From a virus (lineage: Duplodnaviria; Caudoviricetes), in IMG/VR virus record IMGVR_UViG_3300037420_000316, positions 1 through 56,109 of that record: a stretch of 56,109 nt of DNA; one strand, 5' to 3'. The position numbers and the translations under genes were made by a program. Position 1 is the stretch's first letter; the number at the start of each line of letters is the position of its first letter. Below, in pieces: positions 27,841 to 36,464 of this stretch. Below the pieces are notes generated by a model, which saw only the letters and a list, made by a program, of their open reading frames with translations, ran no database searches and was not told the origin of the DNA.

Positions 27841-28659
27841 ATGCTGAACCCGGCACGAGCTCTCTCCCTCAACGCTGACTCAGGTCGGAAGCTCCCCCGC
27901 GTAGACGCCTTCGAGCAGCTCTACACGGGGGGCTTCGACCCGAGGCACGGTCAGGTCATCATGGTCGCTGGGCGAAGCGGCAGCCAGAAGAGCGGCTTCG
28001 CCCTGTTCTGGGTGGACGAGATGAACCTCGACACCCTGTACTTCAGCGCCGACATGTCGGCCTTCACCGCATCATCCCGGCTCGCATCCAAGCGCACCGG
28101 GCTGAACATGGAGGAGGTCGAGCGGGCGCTCGCGATGGATGGTCCCGGCAAGGACCACATCTTCGATGCCCTGGCCGACAGCCGGATCACGTTCTCGTTC
28201 GGAAGCCCGATCACCTGGCGACAGGTGGACGAGGAGATGGACGCATACGTGGAGCTCCACAACAAGTTCCCAGAGATCGTCGTCTTCGACAACCTCATGG
28301 ACTTCGAGGGAGCAGAGAGCGACTACACGGCACAGATGGCCGTGATGCAGAGCGTGACAGAACTGGCCCGTGACACCGGGGCAACGGTCATCGTGATGCA
28401 CCACGCCAGCGACAAGTCGTGGGACGCGAGGACCGATCCGTGGTCCCCGCCCTCACGCGATCAGGTCAAGGGTGGCCTCTCGGAGAAGCCTGAGCTCTCC
28501 ATCTCGGTCGCCCTCGACCCCAACACGTTGAACTTCAACGTGGCCGTCATCAAGCAGCGCATGGGTCCGCAGGACCCGACCGCGAAGCGGTGGACAACGC
28601 TGCGCTGCGAACCGGAACTCACGAGGTTCCACCGTGCGGGCCTGCCCCGTGCGGCTTAG
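27841..28659 (+). CDS. DnaB-like helicase (RecA-fold domain)
   Basis: AGRSGSQKS Walker A, LYFSADM, IVVFDNL Walker B, KQRMG. Confidence 0.85.
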   Translation: MLNPARALSLNADSGRKLPRVDAFEQLYTGGFDPRHGQVIMVAGRSGSQKSGFALFWVDEMNLDTLYFSADMSAFTASSRLASKRTGLNMEEVERALAMDGPGKDHIFDALADSRITFSFGSPITWRQVDEEMDAYVELHNKFPEIVVFDNLMDFEGAESDYTAQMAVMQSVTELARDTGATVIVMHHASDKSWDARTDPWSPPSRDQVKGGLSEKPELSISVALDPNTLNFNVAVIKQRMGPQDPTAKRWTTLRCEPELTRFHRAGLPRAA

Positions 28660-28679
28660 GAGAGGATGGGTAACTGAGA

Positions 28680-28868
28680 GTGAAGAAGATCAAGTCGACC
28701 TTCGAGCAGGACTACGCCACGGTCCAGGTGGGTTCTTTCGGGCTGGTGTACGTCGAGGTCATCGACGGCGTGTACAACCGGGAGGCCGAGCTTCAGATGA
28801 CCCCGAAGCAGGCCCGCAAGTTCGCCAAGGCCCTGAAGCGGGCAGCCCGCGCCGCTAAGCCGTCGTGA
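28680..28868 (+). CDS. Hypothetical protein
   Basis: MTPKQARKFAKAL motif; coupled to next gene. Confidence 0.6.
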   Translation: MKKIKSTFEQDYATVQVGSFGLVYVEVIDGVYNREAELQMTPKQARKFAKALKRAARAAKPS

Positions 28869-29356
28869 CCATCGTGACGGTCGGCCTCGACCTGTCGCTC
28901 GCCAGCACTGGTCTGGCAGTGGCGGTCGATGGCCGGCTGGAGGTCACCGGGAACATCAAGAGCAAGGGCAAGAAGACCGACACTCATCGGGAGTACATGC
29001 CGCGGATCGCGGACATGGCCGAGCGGATCAACGACTGGCTGGCCGATCAGGCTGCCCAGCATCCGTTCGACCTCGCGGTGATCGAGGCCCCGTCCTTCAA
29101 TAGCAAGTTCGGCAACCCGCACGAGCGGGCTGGTCTCTGGTGGAAGGTCTACGAGCACCTCTGGTGCGCGGAGGTCCCCATTGAGACGGTGGCCCCGATG
29201 TCCCGTGCCAAGTTCATCGCCAGCAACGGACGAGCGAACAAGGAAGAGGTCCTCGCAGCAGCCCGCGAGAGGTGGGGTGACGAGGAGCTGATCCCGAACG
29301 ACGACGTAGCCGATGCCACTGGCATGGCGATGTGGGGACAGGAGAGGTTGGCATGA
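28865..29356 (+). CDS. RuvC-like Holliday junction resolvase
   Basis: GLDLSLASTG, VIEAP, GRANKEEV, DDVADA. Confidence 0.85.
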   Translation: MTIVTVGLDLSLASTGLAVAVDGRLEVTGNIKSKGKKTDTHREYMPRIADMAERINDWLADQAAQHPFDLAVIEAPSFNSKFGNPHERAGLWWKVYEHLWCAEVPIETVAPMSRAKFIASNGRANKEEVLAAARERWGDEELIPNDDVADATGMAMWGQERLA

Positions 29357-29667
29357 CAGAACAGTTCGACCTCGGACAGAAGGTCACCTTCTCGCACCCA
29401 CTCCATCGCGAGAGCGTCTACGAGAAGAGTGAGTTCGGTCGTGACGAGTGGTGGAAGAAGTGGCTCGAACCTGAGTCGTCGGCACCGATGACCGGAGTCG
29501 TCGTTGGGGTGCGACACCTGAGCAACGGCGTCAACCACGGTGGCTACTGGGACAGCCCCATTGAGTACCACAACCGGGAGACGTTCAAGGCGTACCTCAT
29601 CGCGTACGACATGCGCGAGAAGCCCGTCTACGTCCTCCCCGAGAGGGTGCAGGGGGTCGATGGCTAG
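29353..29667 (+). CDS. Hypothetical protein
   Basis: ATGA overlap; GVVVGVRHLSNG. Confidence 0.62.
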   Translation: MTEQFDLGQKVTFSHPLHRESVYEKSEFGRDEWWKKWLEPESSAPMTGVVVGVRHLSNGVNHGGYWDSPIEYHNRETFKAYLIAYDMREKPVYVLPERVQGVDG

Positions 29668-30082
29668 GCGGTCCTTCTCGAAGCCAAGCGAAGTTCAGGA
29701 GCACGACGGGAAGCCCTCCCTTGAGGCGGTCCTCGACTACTACGCCGTCGACTACAAGCACCGGACATCCCAGATGGTCCGCTGCCCCGTCCACGGCGAC
29801 TACAGCACGCCGTCCTGCTCGGTGAACATCGACAAGCAGCTCTGGAACTGCCACTCCTGCGGCGCAGGGGGCGATTCGTGGGAGCTCATCAAGATCAAGG
29901 AAGGAGTGGACTTTGACGGAGCACGAGCCTTTGCAGCCGCTAACGGACTCTCAGATGGAGACGCTGGAAGCGGCAGTGAAGAGCTACGAGGCCGCTATGA
30001 CCGTGGAGGCAGCGCAGTACCTCGTCGGTCGGGGCCTCACGCAGGAGACCGTGCTTACGCACCGTCTTGGCGTCGTCGCTGA
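29660..30082 (+). CDS. DNA primase zinc-finger (CHC2) part
   Basis: CPVHGD..PSCSV..WNCHSCGAGGD. Confidence 0.85.
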   Translation: MARRSFSKPSEVQEHDGKPSLEAVLDYYAVDYKHRTSQMVRCPVHGDYSTPSCSVNIDKQLWNCHSCGAGGDSWELIKIKEGVDFDGARAFAAANGLSDGDAGSGSEELRGRYDRGGSAVPRRSGPHAGDRAYAPSWRRR

Positions 30083-30572
30083 CCCGATCCCCGCTCACGA
30101 GCGGTACCGCGGCTGGCTCGCGATCCCCTACCTCGTGGGAGAGCAGCCGGTCCGAGTGCGGTTCCGCTGCATCCAGAGCCACGACTGCAAGGAGTTCTCG
30201 CACGGCAAGTACGGCCAGCCCACCGGGGAGACCCTGCTGACGTACGGCGTCAACGACATCCACGAGGCTGGCGGAGAGATCCACGTGACCGAGGGCGAGT
30301 TCGACCGGCTCATCCTCAAGCAGTGCGGCCTCTATGCCATCGCCTTCCCTGGCGCTAGCACCTTCCGGGGCTACCACGGGCGGATGCTGGCCGGCTTCAA
30401 CCGAGTCTACGTCTGGGGCGACCCGGACCAGGCCGGGGCTGAGTTCACCACGAAGGTCGTCAACCGCCTCCCGCGGTCAGGTCGTGGTGTGCAACTGAGA
30501 GTCGGGGACGTGACCGACACGTACCTCGCGGGAGGAGTGGAGGCCATCTACGACCTCGTGAAGGCCGCATGA
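29913..30572 (+). CDS. DNA primase TOPRIM part
   Basis: YLVGRGL, LAIPY, VTEGEFD, GDPDQAG. Confidence 0.85.
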   Translation: MTEHEPLQPLTDSQMETLEAAVKSYEAAMTVEAAQYLVGRGLTQETVLTHRLGVVADPIPAHERYRGWLAIPYLVGEQPVRVRFRCIQSHDCKEFSHGKYGQPTGETLLTYGVNDIHEAGGEIHVTEGEFDRLILKQCGLYAIAFPGASTFRGYHGRMLAGFNRVYVWGDPDQAGAEFTTKVVNRLPRSGRGVQLRVGDVTDTYLAGGVEAIYDLVKAA

Positions 30573-30766
30573 CCTACATGACCTTCGGGATCGGGGACCG
30601 GGTGGAGGTCCGCATGAAGATCCACCACCCGGACGGGACGAGCACGAAGGTCCACATCCCTCGAGCCCAGTTCGGCGCACTGACCAGCGACGGCTACGAG
30701 AGCTCATTCGAGATCGGCGGCATCACCGAGATGACCGTCACTAAGAAGACCAAGGAGACTGCATGA
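30569..30766 (+). CDS. Hypothetical protein
   Basis: ATGA overlaps at both ends. Confidence 0.6.
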   Translation: MTYMTFGIGDRVEVRMKIHHPDGTSTKVHIPRAQFGALTSDGYESSFEIGGITEMTVTKKTKETA

Positions 30767-31152
30767 CCGACAAGAAGACCGAGACCCCCAACCCGCTGGC
30801 CGCGGTGGACGAGCTGCTGGCTCGCGTCCGTGACGAGCGCAAGGCTCACATCGACAACTGGGGCGTCCAGTCGCACCCGTCGTACTACGGGGAGAGCGAG
30901 CGCCGGAAGTACGAGGAGCGCGCCAACTACTACAAGCAGGTCTGGGAGGCTCAGAAGGACCTCGACTCCATCACGTGGGCCACGGTCCTGCTCGAGGAGG
31001 TCTTCGAGGCCCTCTCCGAGACCGACCCCGAGAAGCGCAAGTACGAGCTCGTCCAGGTCGCCGCGGTCGCCATCGCGGAGGCCGAGTCCATCGACCTGCG
31101 GGCCGGCATCCTCACCGACGCCGAGGCCGAGGGCACCGGGGAGTTCGCGTGA
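30763..31152 (+). CDS. MazG-like all-alpha nucleotide pyrophosphohydrolase
   Basis: WATVLLEEVFEA...ELVQVAAVA. Confidence 0.62.
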   Translation: MTDKKTETPNPLAAVDELLARVRDERKAHIDNWGVQSHPSYYGESERRKYEERANYYKQVWEAQKDLDSITWATVLLEEVFEALSETDPEKRKYELVQVAAVAIAEAESIDLRAGILTDAEAEGTGEFA

Positions 31153-31349
31153 TCGAGCTCGTCCTCAGTAACCACAACAACTCCCTGACCGTCCAGGAGT
31201 CCAACCTGCCCGGTGGTGCCGCCCGCCTCGAGGTCACGCACAACGGCGTCAGCGCCTCGTGCCACCTCAAGCCCGAGACCGTCGAGCGGCTGATGATCGA
31301 GCTGCACCTGCTCAAGCAGAAGTACGAGACCGGGGGCTACGGCCTGTGA
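31149..31349 (+). CDS. Hypothetical protein
   Basis: GTGA overlaps at both ends. Confidence 0.55.
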   Translation: MIELVLSNHNNSLTVQESNLPGGAARLEVTHNGVSASCHLKPETVERLMIELHLLKQKYETGGYGL

Positions 31350-32089
31350 CCGACCCCCGGAAGATCCTCTACATCGACATCGAGACCAGCCCTTCGCTGG
31401 TCTACACCTTCCAGTTCTGGAACGTGAACATCTCCCCGGACAAGATCGTGAAGCCCGGTGGGATGATGTGCTTCGCCTACTCGTGGGACGACGGGGAGAC
31501 CCAGTTCGTTCGCGGCTCGTCCCGAGCGATGGCGAAGAAGGTCTACCAGCTCCTGGACCAGGCCGATGTCGTCGTGACCTACAACGGCAACAAGTTCGAC
31601 ATCCCTCACCTCCAGCGCCACCTCACGCTGAACGGCTACACCTCGCCCTCACCCTTCGTGTCCGTCGACCTGTTCGCGGTCGTGAAGCGGGAGCAGCGTG
31701 GCGTGTGGCCGAGCCTGCGGCTGGGTTACCTCGCACAGGAGCTCGACCTTCGGGGCAAGCTCCAGAACGACGGCTTCCAGCTCTGGATCGACTGCATGGC
31801 CGGCGACAAGGCCGCGTGGGAGCAGATGCGGGACTACAACCTCCGCGACGTGGACCTCCTCAAGGAGATGTTCCCGCTGCTGCGCCACAAGGTGAGGAAC
31901 CTGCCCTCGGCGTCGCTCTACATGGACACCGACGAGCGGGTCTGCCCGAACTGCGGCAGCACCTCGTTCCAGAGCCGTGGCATCCAGCGCAACAAGACGC
32001 GGGCCTACCGCCGATTCCTATGCAACGAGTGCCGCTCCTGGTTCCGCGGCAACACCTCGATCTCCTCCGCGGAGGTGGTGAGTGTCTAG
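31346..32089 (+). CDS. Stand-alone DnaQ/RNase H-like 3'-5' exonuclease with C-terminal Zn ribbon
   Basis: YIDIETS (ExoI), YNGNKFD (ExoII), YNLRDV (ExoIII); CPNCGS...CNEC. Confidence 0.82.
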   Translation: MTDPRKILYIDIETSPSLVYTFQFWNVNISPDKIVKPGGMMCFAYSWDDGETQFVRGSSRAMAKKVYQLLDQADVVVTYNGNKFDIPHLQRHLTLNGYTSPSPFVSVDLFAVVKREQRGVWPSLRLGYLAQELDLRGKLQNDGFQLWIDCMAGDKAAWEQMRDYNLRDVDLLKEMFPLLRHKVRNLPSASLYMDTDERVCPNCGSTSFQSRGIQRNKTRAYRRFLCNECRSWFRGNTSISSAEVVSV

Positions 32090-32825
32090 CCTGGTGGGTA
32101 ACTGTGAGGTTCGCTGGGACGTGCTCAGCCTGCCGGGTGTTCAGAAGGCCGTCACGCAGGCGGCTCGGAAGATCCACAAGCGGTACGAGAACGTCATCGA
32201 GCTGGAGGACCTCGAGCAGGAGGCGACGATCATCATGGTCACTCGCCTTCCCGAACGGGCGCAGGCGTGCGCGGAGGGTGCTGGGGACGACAACCTCGGC
32301 ACCCTCCAGCACGAGCTGGAGATGGATCTCGTGGACTACCTGCGGCCCAAGGCCGCGGAGCGTCAGAAGACCATCTCCTACGACGCGCTCGTGGAGAAGT
32401 CCGACGAGGACGGCCTGATCGCCCCGTACGTGGTCATCGAGACGGCTAGCAACGACTACACCCGCGAGAGCGTGGAGACGCTGCTGCCGGCCGTCTGGGA
32501 CGAGTCCTACCTCTACGGACTCCCCCAGCGAGACGACGCCCCGGACCCGGACATGCCGAAGGGGAGCACGAACAAGGCTCGAGGCAACAACCTGTCGGCG
32601 TACATCGCTGACATCAAGACCGGCTGGGAGAAGACGCCGCTCACTACGAAGGAGCGGCGTGCCCTGATCCTCGCCTACGGGCTGGGGTGGCCGATCAAGG
32701 AGATCGCCTACAACCAGGGCGTGAGCGACCGGGCCATCCGGTACCGGATCGAGGGTGCGGTCGGCAAGATCGTCGCCCGCCTCAACAGCGGCTACTGGTA
32801 CGAGCTCGAAGGCATCGAGGCGTGA
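32082..32825 (+). CDS. Sigma factor-like HTH protein
   Basis: ELEDLEQEA region-2-like; LTTKERRALIL..IKEIAY..GVSDRAIRYRI region-4-like. Confidence 0.72.
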   Translation: MSSLVGNCEVRWDVLSLPGVQKAVTQAARKIHKRYENVIELEDLEQEATIIMVTRLPERAQACAEGAGDDNLGTLQHELEMDLVDYLRPKAAERQKTISYDALVEKSDEDGLIAPYVVIETASNDYTRESVETLLPAVWDESYLYGLPQRDDAPDPDMPKGSTNKARGNNLSAYIADIKTGWEKTPLTTKERRALILAYGLGWPIKEIAYNQGVSDRAIRYRIEGAVGKIVARLNSGYWYELEGIEA

Positions 32826-33133
32826 CCGCGCCCGACTTCCCGCACGTGTGCCTGACTGGCATCGACGGAGCATGGGGCTGCGTCTCCACGTGTCCGAAGG
32901 ACGCCAGTCCCACCGTGTTCGTCGCGGAGATCGAGAGCATGACGAGCCGGATGGTGCGTCAGCTCGTGGAGGCCGAGGAGAACCAGACCAAGGCCCTGCT
33001 GCGCGAGGTGTTTGAGGCTGGCCGTGAACGCGGCGAGGCCGATGCGTCGGACGCCTACTGGGGACCGCCCTACAGCGACGTGCCCGAGTTCGAGGAGTTC
33101 ATCGCCAACCTGATCCAGGGGGCGGGGACATGA
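32822..33133 (+). CDS. Hypothetical protein
   Basis: 4-nt overlaps with neighbours. Confidence 0.55.
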   Translation: MTAPDFPHVCLTGIDGAWGCVSTCPKDASPTVFVAEIESMTSRMVRQLVEAEENQTKALLREVFEAGRERGEADASDAYWGPPYSDVPEFEEFIANLIQGAGT

Positions 33134-33393
33134 CCGAGGTCTACGAGAAGAACCTCGTGATCCTCGGCCTCGACTTCCCAGACGCCCACGCCGAGTACGT
33201 GCGGCTGGCGTCCGAGGAGCCGTTCCGGGTGGTCCACACGAACGTCCTCGTCCGCTACCCGTGGAGCCTCCGCTCGATCGAGGGACTGCGAGTCCATGAC
33301 TTCGTGACGACGGAGCGATCTACCCAACATCACAACTACGAGGAGGCCGTGGCCCTGCTGCGCGACTCCCACATGAAGACAGGAGACAAGTGA
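33130..33393 (+). CDS. Hypothetical protein
   Basis: 4-nt overlaps with neighbours. Confidence 0.6.
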   Translation: MTEVYEKNLVILGLDFPDAHAEYVRLASEEPFRVVHTNVLVRYPWSLRSIEGLRVHDFVTTERSTQHHNYEEAVALLRDSHMKTGDK

Positions 33394-35060
33394 CTGACAC
33401 TGACATGAGCACGTTCGCCCAGACCGTGCTCGGCAATAAGTACCTACGAGGCGACGAGAAGTCGTGGAGCGATGTCGCCCAGCGGGTAGCGGAGTCGGTC
33501 GTCGGCCCGTTCTTCCCCGAGAAGGTCTCGGCTGTCGCTGAGGCCATCGCCAACCGGGAGTTCCTGCCCGGTGGTCGCCAGCTCGCCAATGCCGGCTACT
33601 CCAACATGCTCAACAACTGCTTCCTCTACCGGGTCGGTGACTCGAAGGAGGAGATCGCGGACTTCTACCGCAAGGGCATGACCACCGGCATGACGGGAGG
33701 CGGCGTAGGGGCCGTCTGGACGGACCTGCGGCCCCGGAAGGCCCCGGTGCGCAACCAGGGCTTCTCGACCGGCCCCTGTGCCTTCATGCAGGGCTTCAAC
33801 GAGGTCGGGCGTGCCGTGGTGAACGGTGGTGGTCGTCGCATGGCGATCTGGGCCGGCCTGCACTGGTACCACCCGGATGTCCACGAGTTCATGTCCCTGA
33901 AGGACTGGGACGAGCGGACGGTGGAGGCCAAGGCTGAGGACTTCTCGGCGTTCGCCCCGATGGACATGACCAACATCTCCATCATCCTCGATGACGAGTT
34001 CTTCGAGGCGATGGCCGACGAGAGCTTCCACAAGGTCTACGTCTGGCGCAACGACAAGGGCGAGGTGGTCTCGGCTCACGAGGTCACGCACAAGTGGGCC
34101 AAGCGGGTCTATGAGACCGCGGTGGAGAAGATGCTGAAGACCGGCGAACCCGGCTTCTCCGTCGACCTCGGCGAGAACAAGTACGAGAACCTGCGGAACC
34201 CCTGCTGCGAGATCACCTCCGAGGACGACAGCGACGTGTGCTGCCTCGGCTCGGTGAACATCGCTCGGATCGACACCGAGGAGCGGATGGCCGAGGTCAC
34301 CGAGCTGGGAACCATCTTCCTGCTCTGCTCGACCCTCGTCTCCGACGTGCCGCACGAGGAGGTCAAGATCACCCGGCAGCGGAACCGTCGTCTCGGCCTC
34401 GGCGTGATGGGCGTCTACGAGTGGCTGGTCGCTCGAGGGTACGGCTACGAGCCGAACCATGAGCTCGGTGAGTGGCTGGAGACGTGGGCGACCACGAGCC
34501 GGTCCTGTGCGACGACGTACGCCAACGAGCTCGGCGTCTCGGTCCCGAAGAAGGTCAGGGCTGTCGCTCCGACCGGCACCATCGGGATCATCGCGGAGAC
34601 GACCACCGGCATCGAGCCGCTGTTCGCTGCGGCCTACAAGCGCCGGTACATCGACAACTCGACGTGGAAGTTCCAGTACGTCATCGACGCGACGGCGCAG
34701 CGGATGATCGAGAAGTACGACCTCGACCCGTCCGAGCTGGAGACGGCGTACGACCTGGCGTTCGACCCGGCTCGCCGTCTGGCGATGCAGGCGTTCGTCC
34801 AGAGCTACACCGACCACGCGATCTCGAGCACGATCAACCTGCCGGCCTTCGAGGAGCAGCCGTTCACCCCGGAGGAGTTCGGGGAGATCCTGCTGCACTG
34901 GCTCCCGATGCTCCGCGGCATCACCGCCTACCCGGACGGTGCCCGCGGTGGTCAGCCGCTCAACGTCGTGTCCTACGACGAGGCCAAGGAGTTCGAGGGC
35001 CTCGAGTTCGAGGAGTTCGGCTCGGAGTCGGCCTGCGTGAACGGCGTCTGCGGCATCTGA
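33390..35060 (+). CDS. nrdJ: Ribonucleotide reductase, class II
   Basis: FLPGGR, NNCF, GEPG, NPCCEI, CCLGSVN, RRLGLG, APTGTI, C-terminal CVNGVCGI; no beta-subunit gene present. Confidence 0.9.
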   Translation: MTDTDMSTFAQTVLGNKYLRGDEKSWSDVAQRVAESVVGPFFPEKVSAVAEAIANREFLPGGRQLANAGYSNMLNNCFLYRVGDSKEEIADFYRKGMTTGMTGGGVGAVWTDLRPRKAPVRNQGFSTGPCAFMQGFNEVGRAVVNGGGRRMAIWAGLHWYHPDVHEFMSLKDWDERTVEAKAEDFSAFAPMDMTNISIILDDEFFEAMADESFHKVYVWRNDKGEVVSAHEVTHKWAKRVYETAVEKMLKTGEPGFSVDLGENKYENLRNPCCEITSEDDSDVCCLGSVNIARIDTEERMAEVTELGTIFLLCSTLVSDVPHEEVKITRQRNRRLGLGVMGVYEWLVARGYGYEPNHELGEWLETWATTSRSCATTYANELGVSVPKKVRAVAPTGTIGIIAETTTGIEPLFAAAYKRRYIDNSTWKFQYVIDATAQRMIEKYDLDPSELETAYDLAFDPARRLAMQAFVQSYTDHAISSTINLPAFEEQPFTPEEFGEILLHWLPMLRGITAYPDGARGGQPLNVVSYDEAKEFEGLEFEEFGSESACVNGVCGI

Positions 35061-35127
35061 GCCGCATGTGCAACTGAGAGGGGGCAGGACTACTCCCCTG
35101 CCCCCTCTCCCCTATGGAGAGGAACCC

Positions 35128-35970
35128 ATGAGAGTCACACCCATTGCCTGGACCGCCCTGACGCAGGTCCCCATGAGCATCATCGAGACCGAGTTCGCTG
35201 ACGACATGCTCGAGGCTCGCTACCGGGGCAGCGGCGACATCGACGCGCTGCACGAGTTCGCCGGTCGTGCCTGCTACAAGAGCTGGAGCAAGCCGAACTC
35301 CAAGACGGCCACCAACCGCGGCTACCTCGAGCACATCGAGGAGGTCGGGCACTTCTCCGTCCTCGAGCACGGCCAGGTCACCTTCTATGTCGAGGGCGTG
35401 AGCCGTGCCCTGCTGCTCGAACTGGAGCGCCACGGACGCAACTCCCACCTGTCGTTCTCGGTGGAGTCCCAGCGGTACGTCAGCACGAGCAAGCACCACC
35501 CCGATCCGGTCATCCCCCCGCTCTTCGATGAGCTCGAGGATGTCCAGGAGTGGGGCTTCCACGTCGGCGCGCTCAAGGAGCACTACGAGGAGAGCCTCCG
35601 CAGGTACGACGAGTGCTTCGAGCGACTGCGCGAGGCCGGCGTCCTCCTGAAGCAGGCCCGTGAGGCAGCTCGAGCCTTCCTGCCCAACGCGACCCCCGTC
35701 GACCTCGTGGTCACCGCGGACATCCGTGGTTGGCGCGAGGTGATCGAGAAGCGCAACGACCCGGCAGCCGACAAGGAGATCCAGCGGCTCGCCAAGGAGG
35801 TCCTGAACCACCTCCGGTACATCTGCCCCAACTCGGTGCAGGACCTTCCCGACGAGCCGCCCGCCAAGGGTGGGGACACCGTGGAGATCCGCACGCTCAG
35901 CGGCGAGGTCGTCCGCACCATCTCCACCCGTCCGCTCGAGGACGCCGACGATGAGGGCTGGGGTCAGTGA
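35128..35970 (+). CDS. thyX: Flavin-dependent thymidylate synthase
   Basis: EFAGRACY, GHFSVLEH, RHGRNSHLSFSVESQRY, AREAAR.FLP, ADKEI. Confidence 0.92.
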   Translation: MRVTPIAWTALTQVPMSIIETEFADDMLEARYRGSGDIDALHEFAGRACYKSWSKPNSKTATNRGYLEHIEEVGHFSVLEHGQVTFYVEGVSRALLLELERHGRNSHLSFSVESQRYVSTSKHHPDPVIPPLFDELEDVQEWGFHVGALKEHYEESLRRYDECFERLREAGVLLKQAREAARAFLPNATPVDLVVTADIRGWREVIEKRNDPAADKEIQRLAKEVLNHLRYICPNSVQDLPDEPPAKGGDTVEIRTLSGEVVRTISTRPLEDADDEGWGQ

Positions 35971-36077
35971 GCGCTGACACCCTCTGCCTGCTCGTCCTCG
36001 CCATCGTGTGCGTCCTGCCGGCCTTCCTCATCAAGCCCGACGATGACGACCCGAGTCGACAGATCCACGAGGAGTAA
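35967..36077 (+). CDS. Small membrane peptide (36 aa)
   Basis: GTGA overlap with thyX stop; single hydrophobic helix LCLLVLAIVCVLPAFLI. Confidence 0.5.
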   Translation: MSADTLCLLVLAIVCVLPAFLIKPDDDDPSRQIHEE

Positions 36078-36116
36078 AGTAAAGTAAAGACTGCCTTCAT
36101 TTGCTGGAGGGCACCC

Positions 36117-36159
36117 GCCCCCCGTCAGGCTAAACCCAAAGCCTGGCGGGGGGCTCTTT
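36117..36159 (+). terminator. Intrinsic terminator ending the replication operon
   Basis: GCCCCCCGTCAGGC/GCCTGGCGGGGGGC followed by TCTTT. Confidence 0.8.
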
Positions 36160-36170
36160 GCGTTTCTGGG

Positions 36171-36356
36171 CTAGACCCACTCGATCTCGCAGGAGACGAT
36201 CTGGGGCCGTCGAGACGGAGCGGCGGGCCTCGGGTCCACTGGAACCCTCCTGGCCTCCCTGCGGGGCACGGACAGGCTCCTGAGCATGGATTCCAGCCCC
36301 TCTTCGCCCAGCTCTGCGAGCAGCCGCTCGAAGAGTTTCGCCTGGTCAGGCGTCAT
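36171..36356 (-). CDS. Small protein divergent from integrase
   Basis: 61-aa ORF MTPDQAKLFERLL... between terminator and candidate attP. Confidence 0.45.
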   Translation of the reverse strand: MTPDQAKLFERLLAELGEEGLESMLRSLSVPRREARRVPVDPRPAAPSRRPQIVSCEIEWV

Positions 36357-36399
36357 GTTGCACCACCGAGAGGGGCAGCGTCCTGCGGTGGACAGCCAG

Positions 36400-36445
36400 A
36401 TCTGTGAAACTTCCCATCTCCGGGCAGATGGGACATTAAGCAGAT
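36400..36445. other. Candidate attP
   Basis: Imperfect dyad centred on GG 36422-36423: TCCCATCT/AGATGGGA inner and ATCTG/CAGAT outer; directly upstream of serine integrase. Confidence 0.6.
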
Positions 36446-36464
36446 TCAGGCGTACCCTGCTCGC

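Noticed and set aside
33390-35060. Intein or intron in RNR, terminase or helicase
   Set aside because: Lengths are compact, motifs are contiguous, and no intein splice or LAGLIDADG motifs are visible
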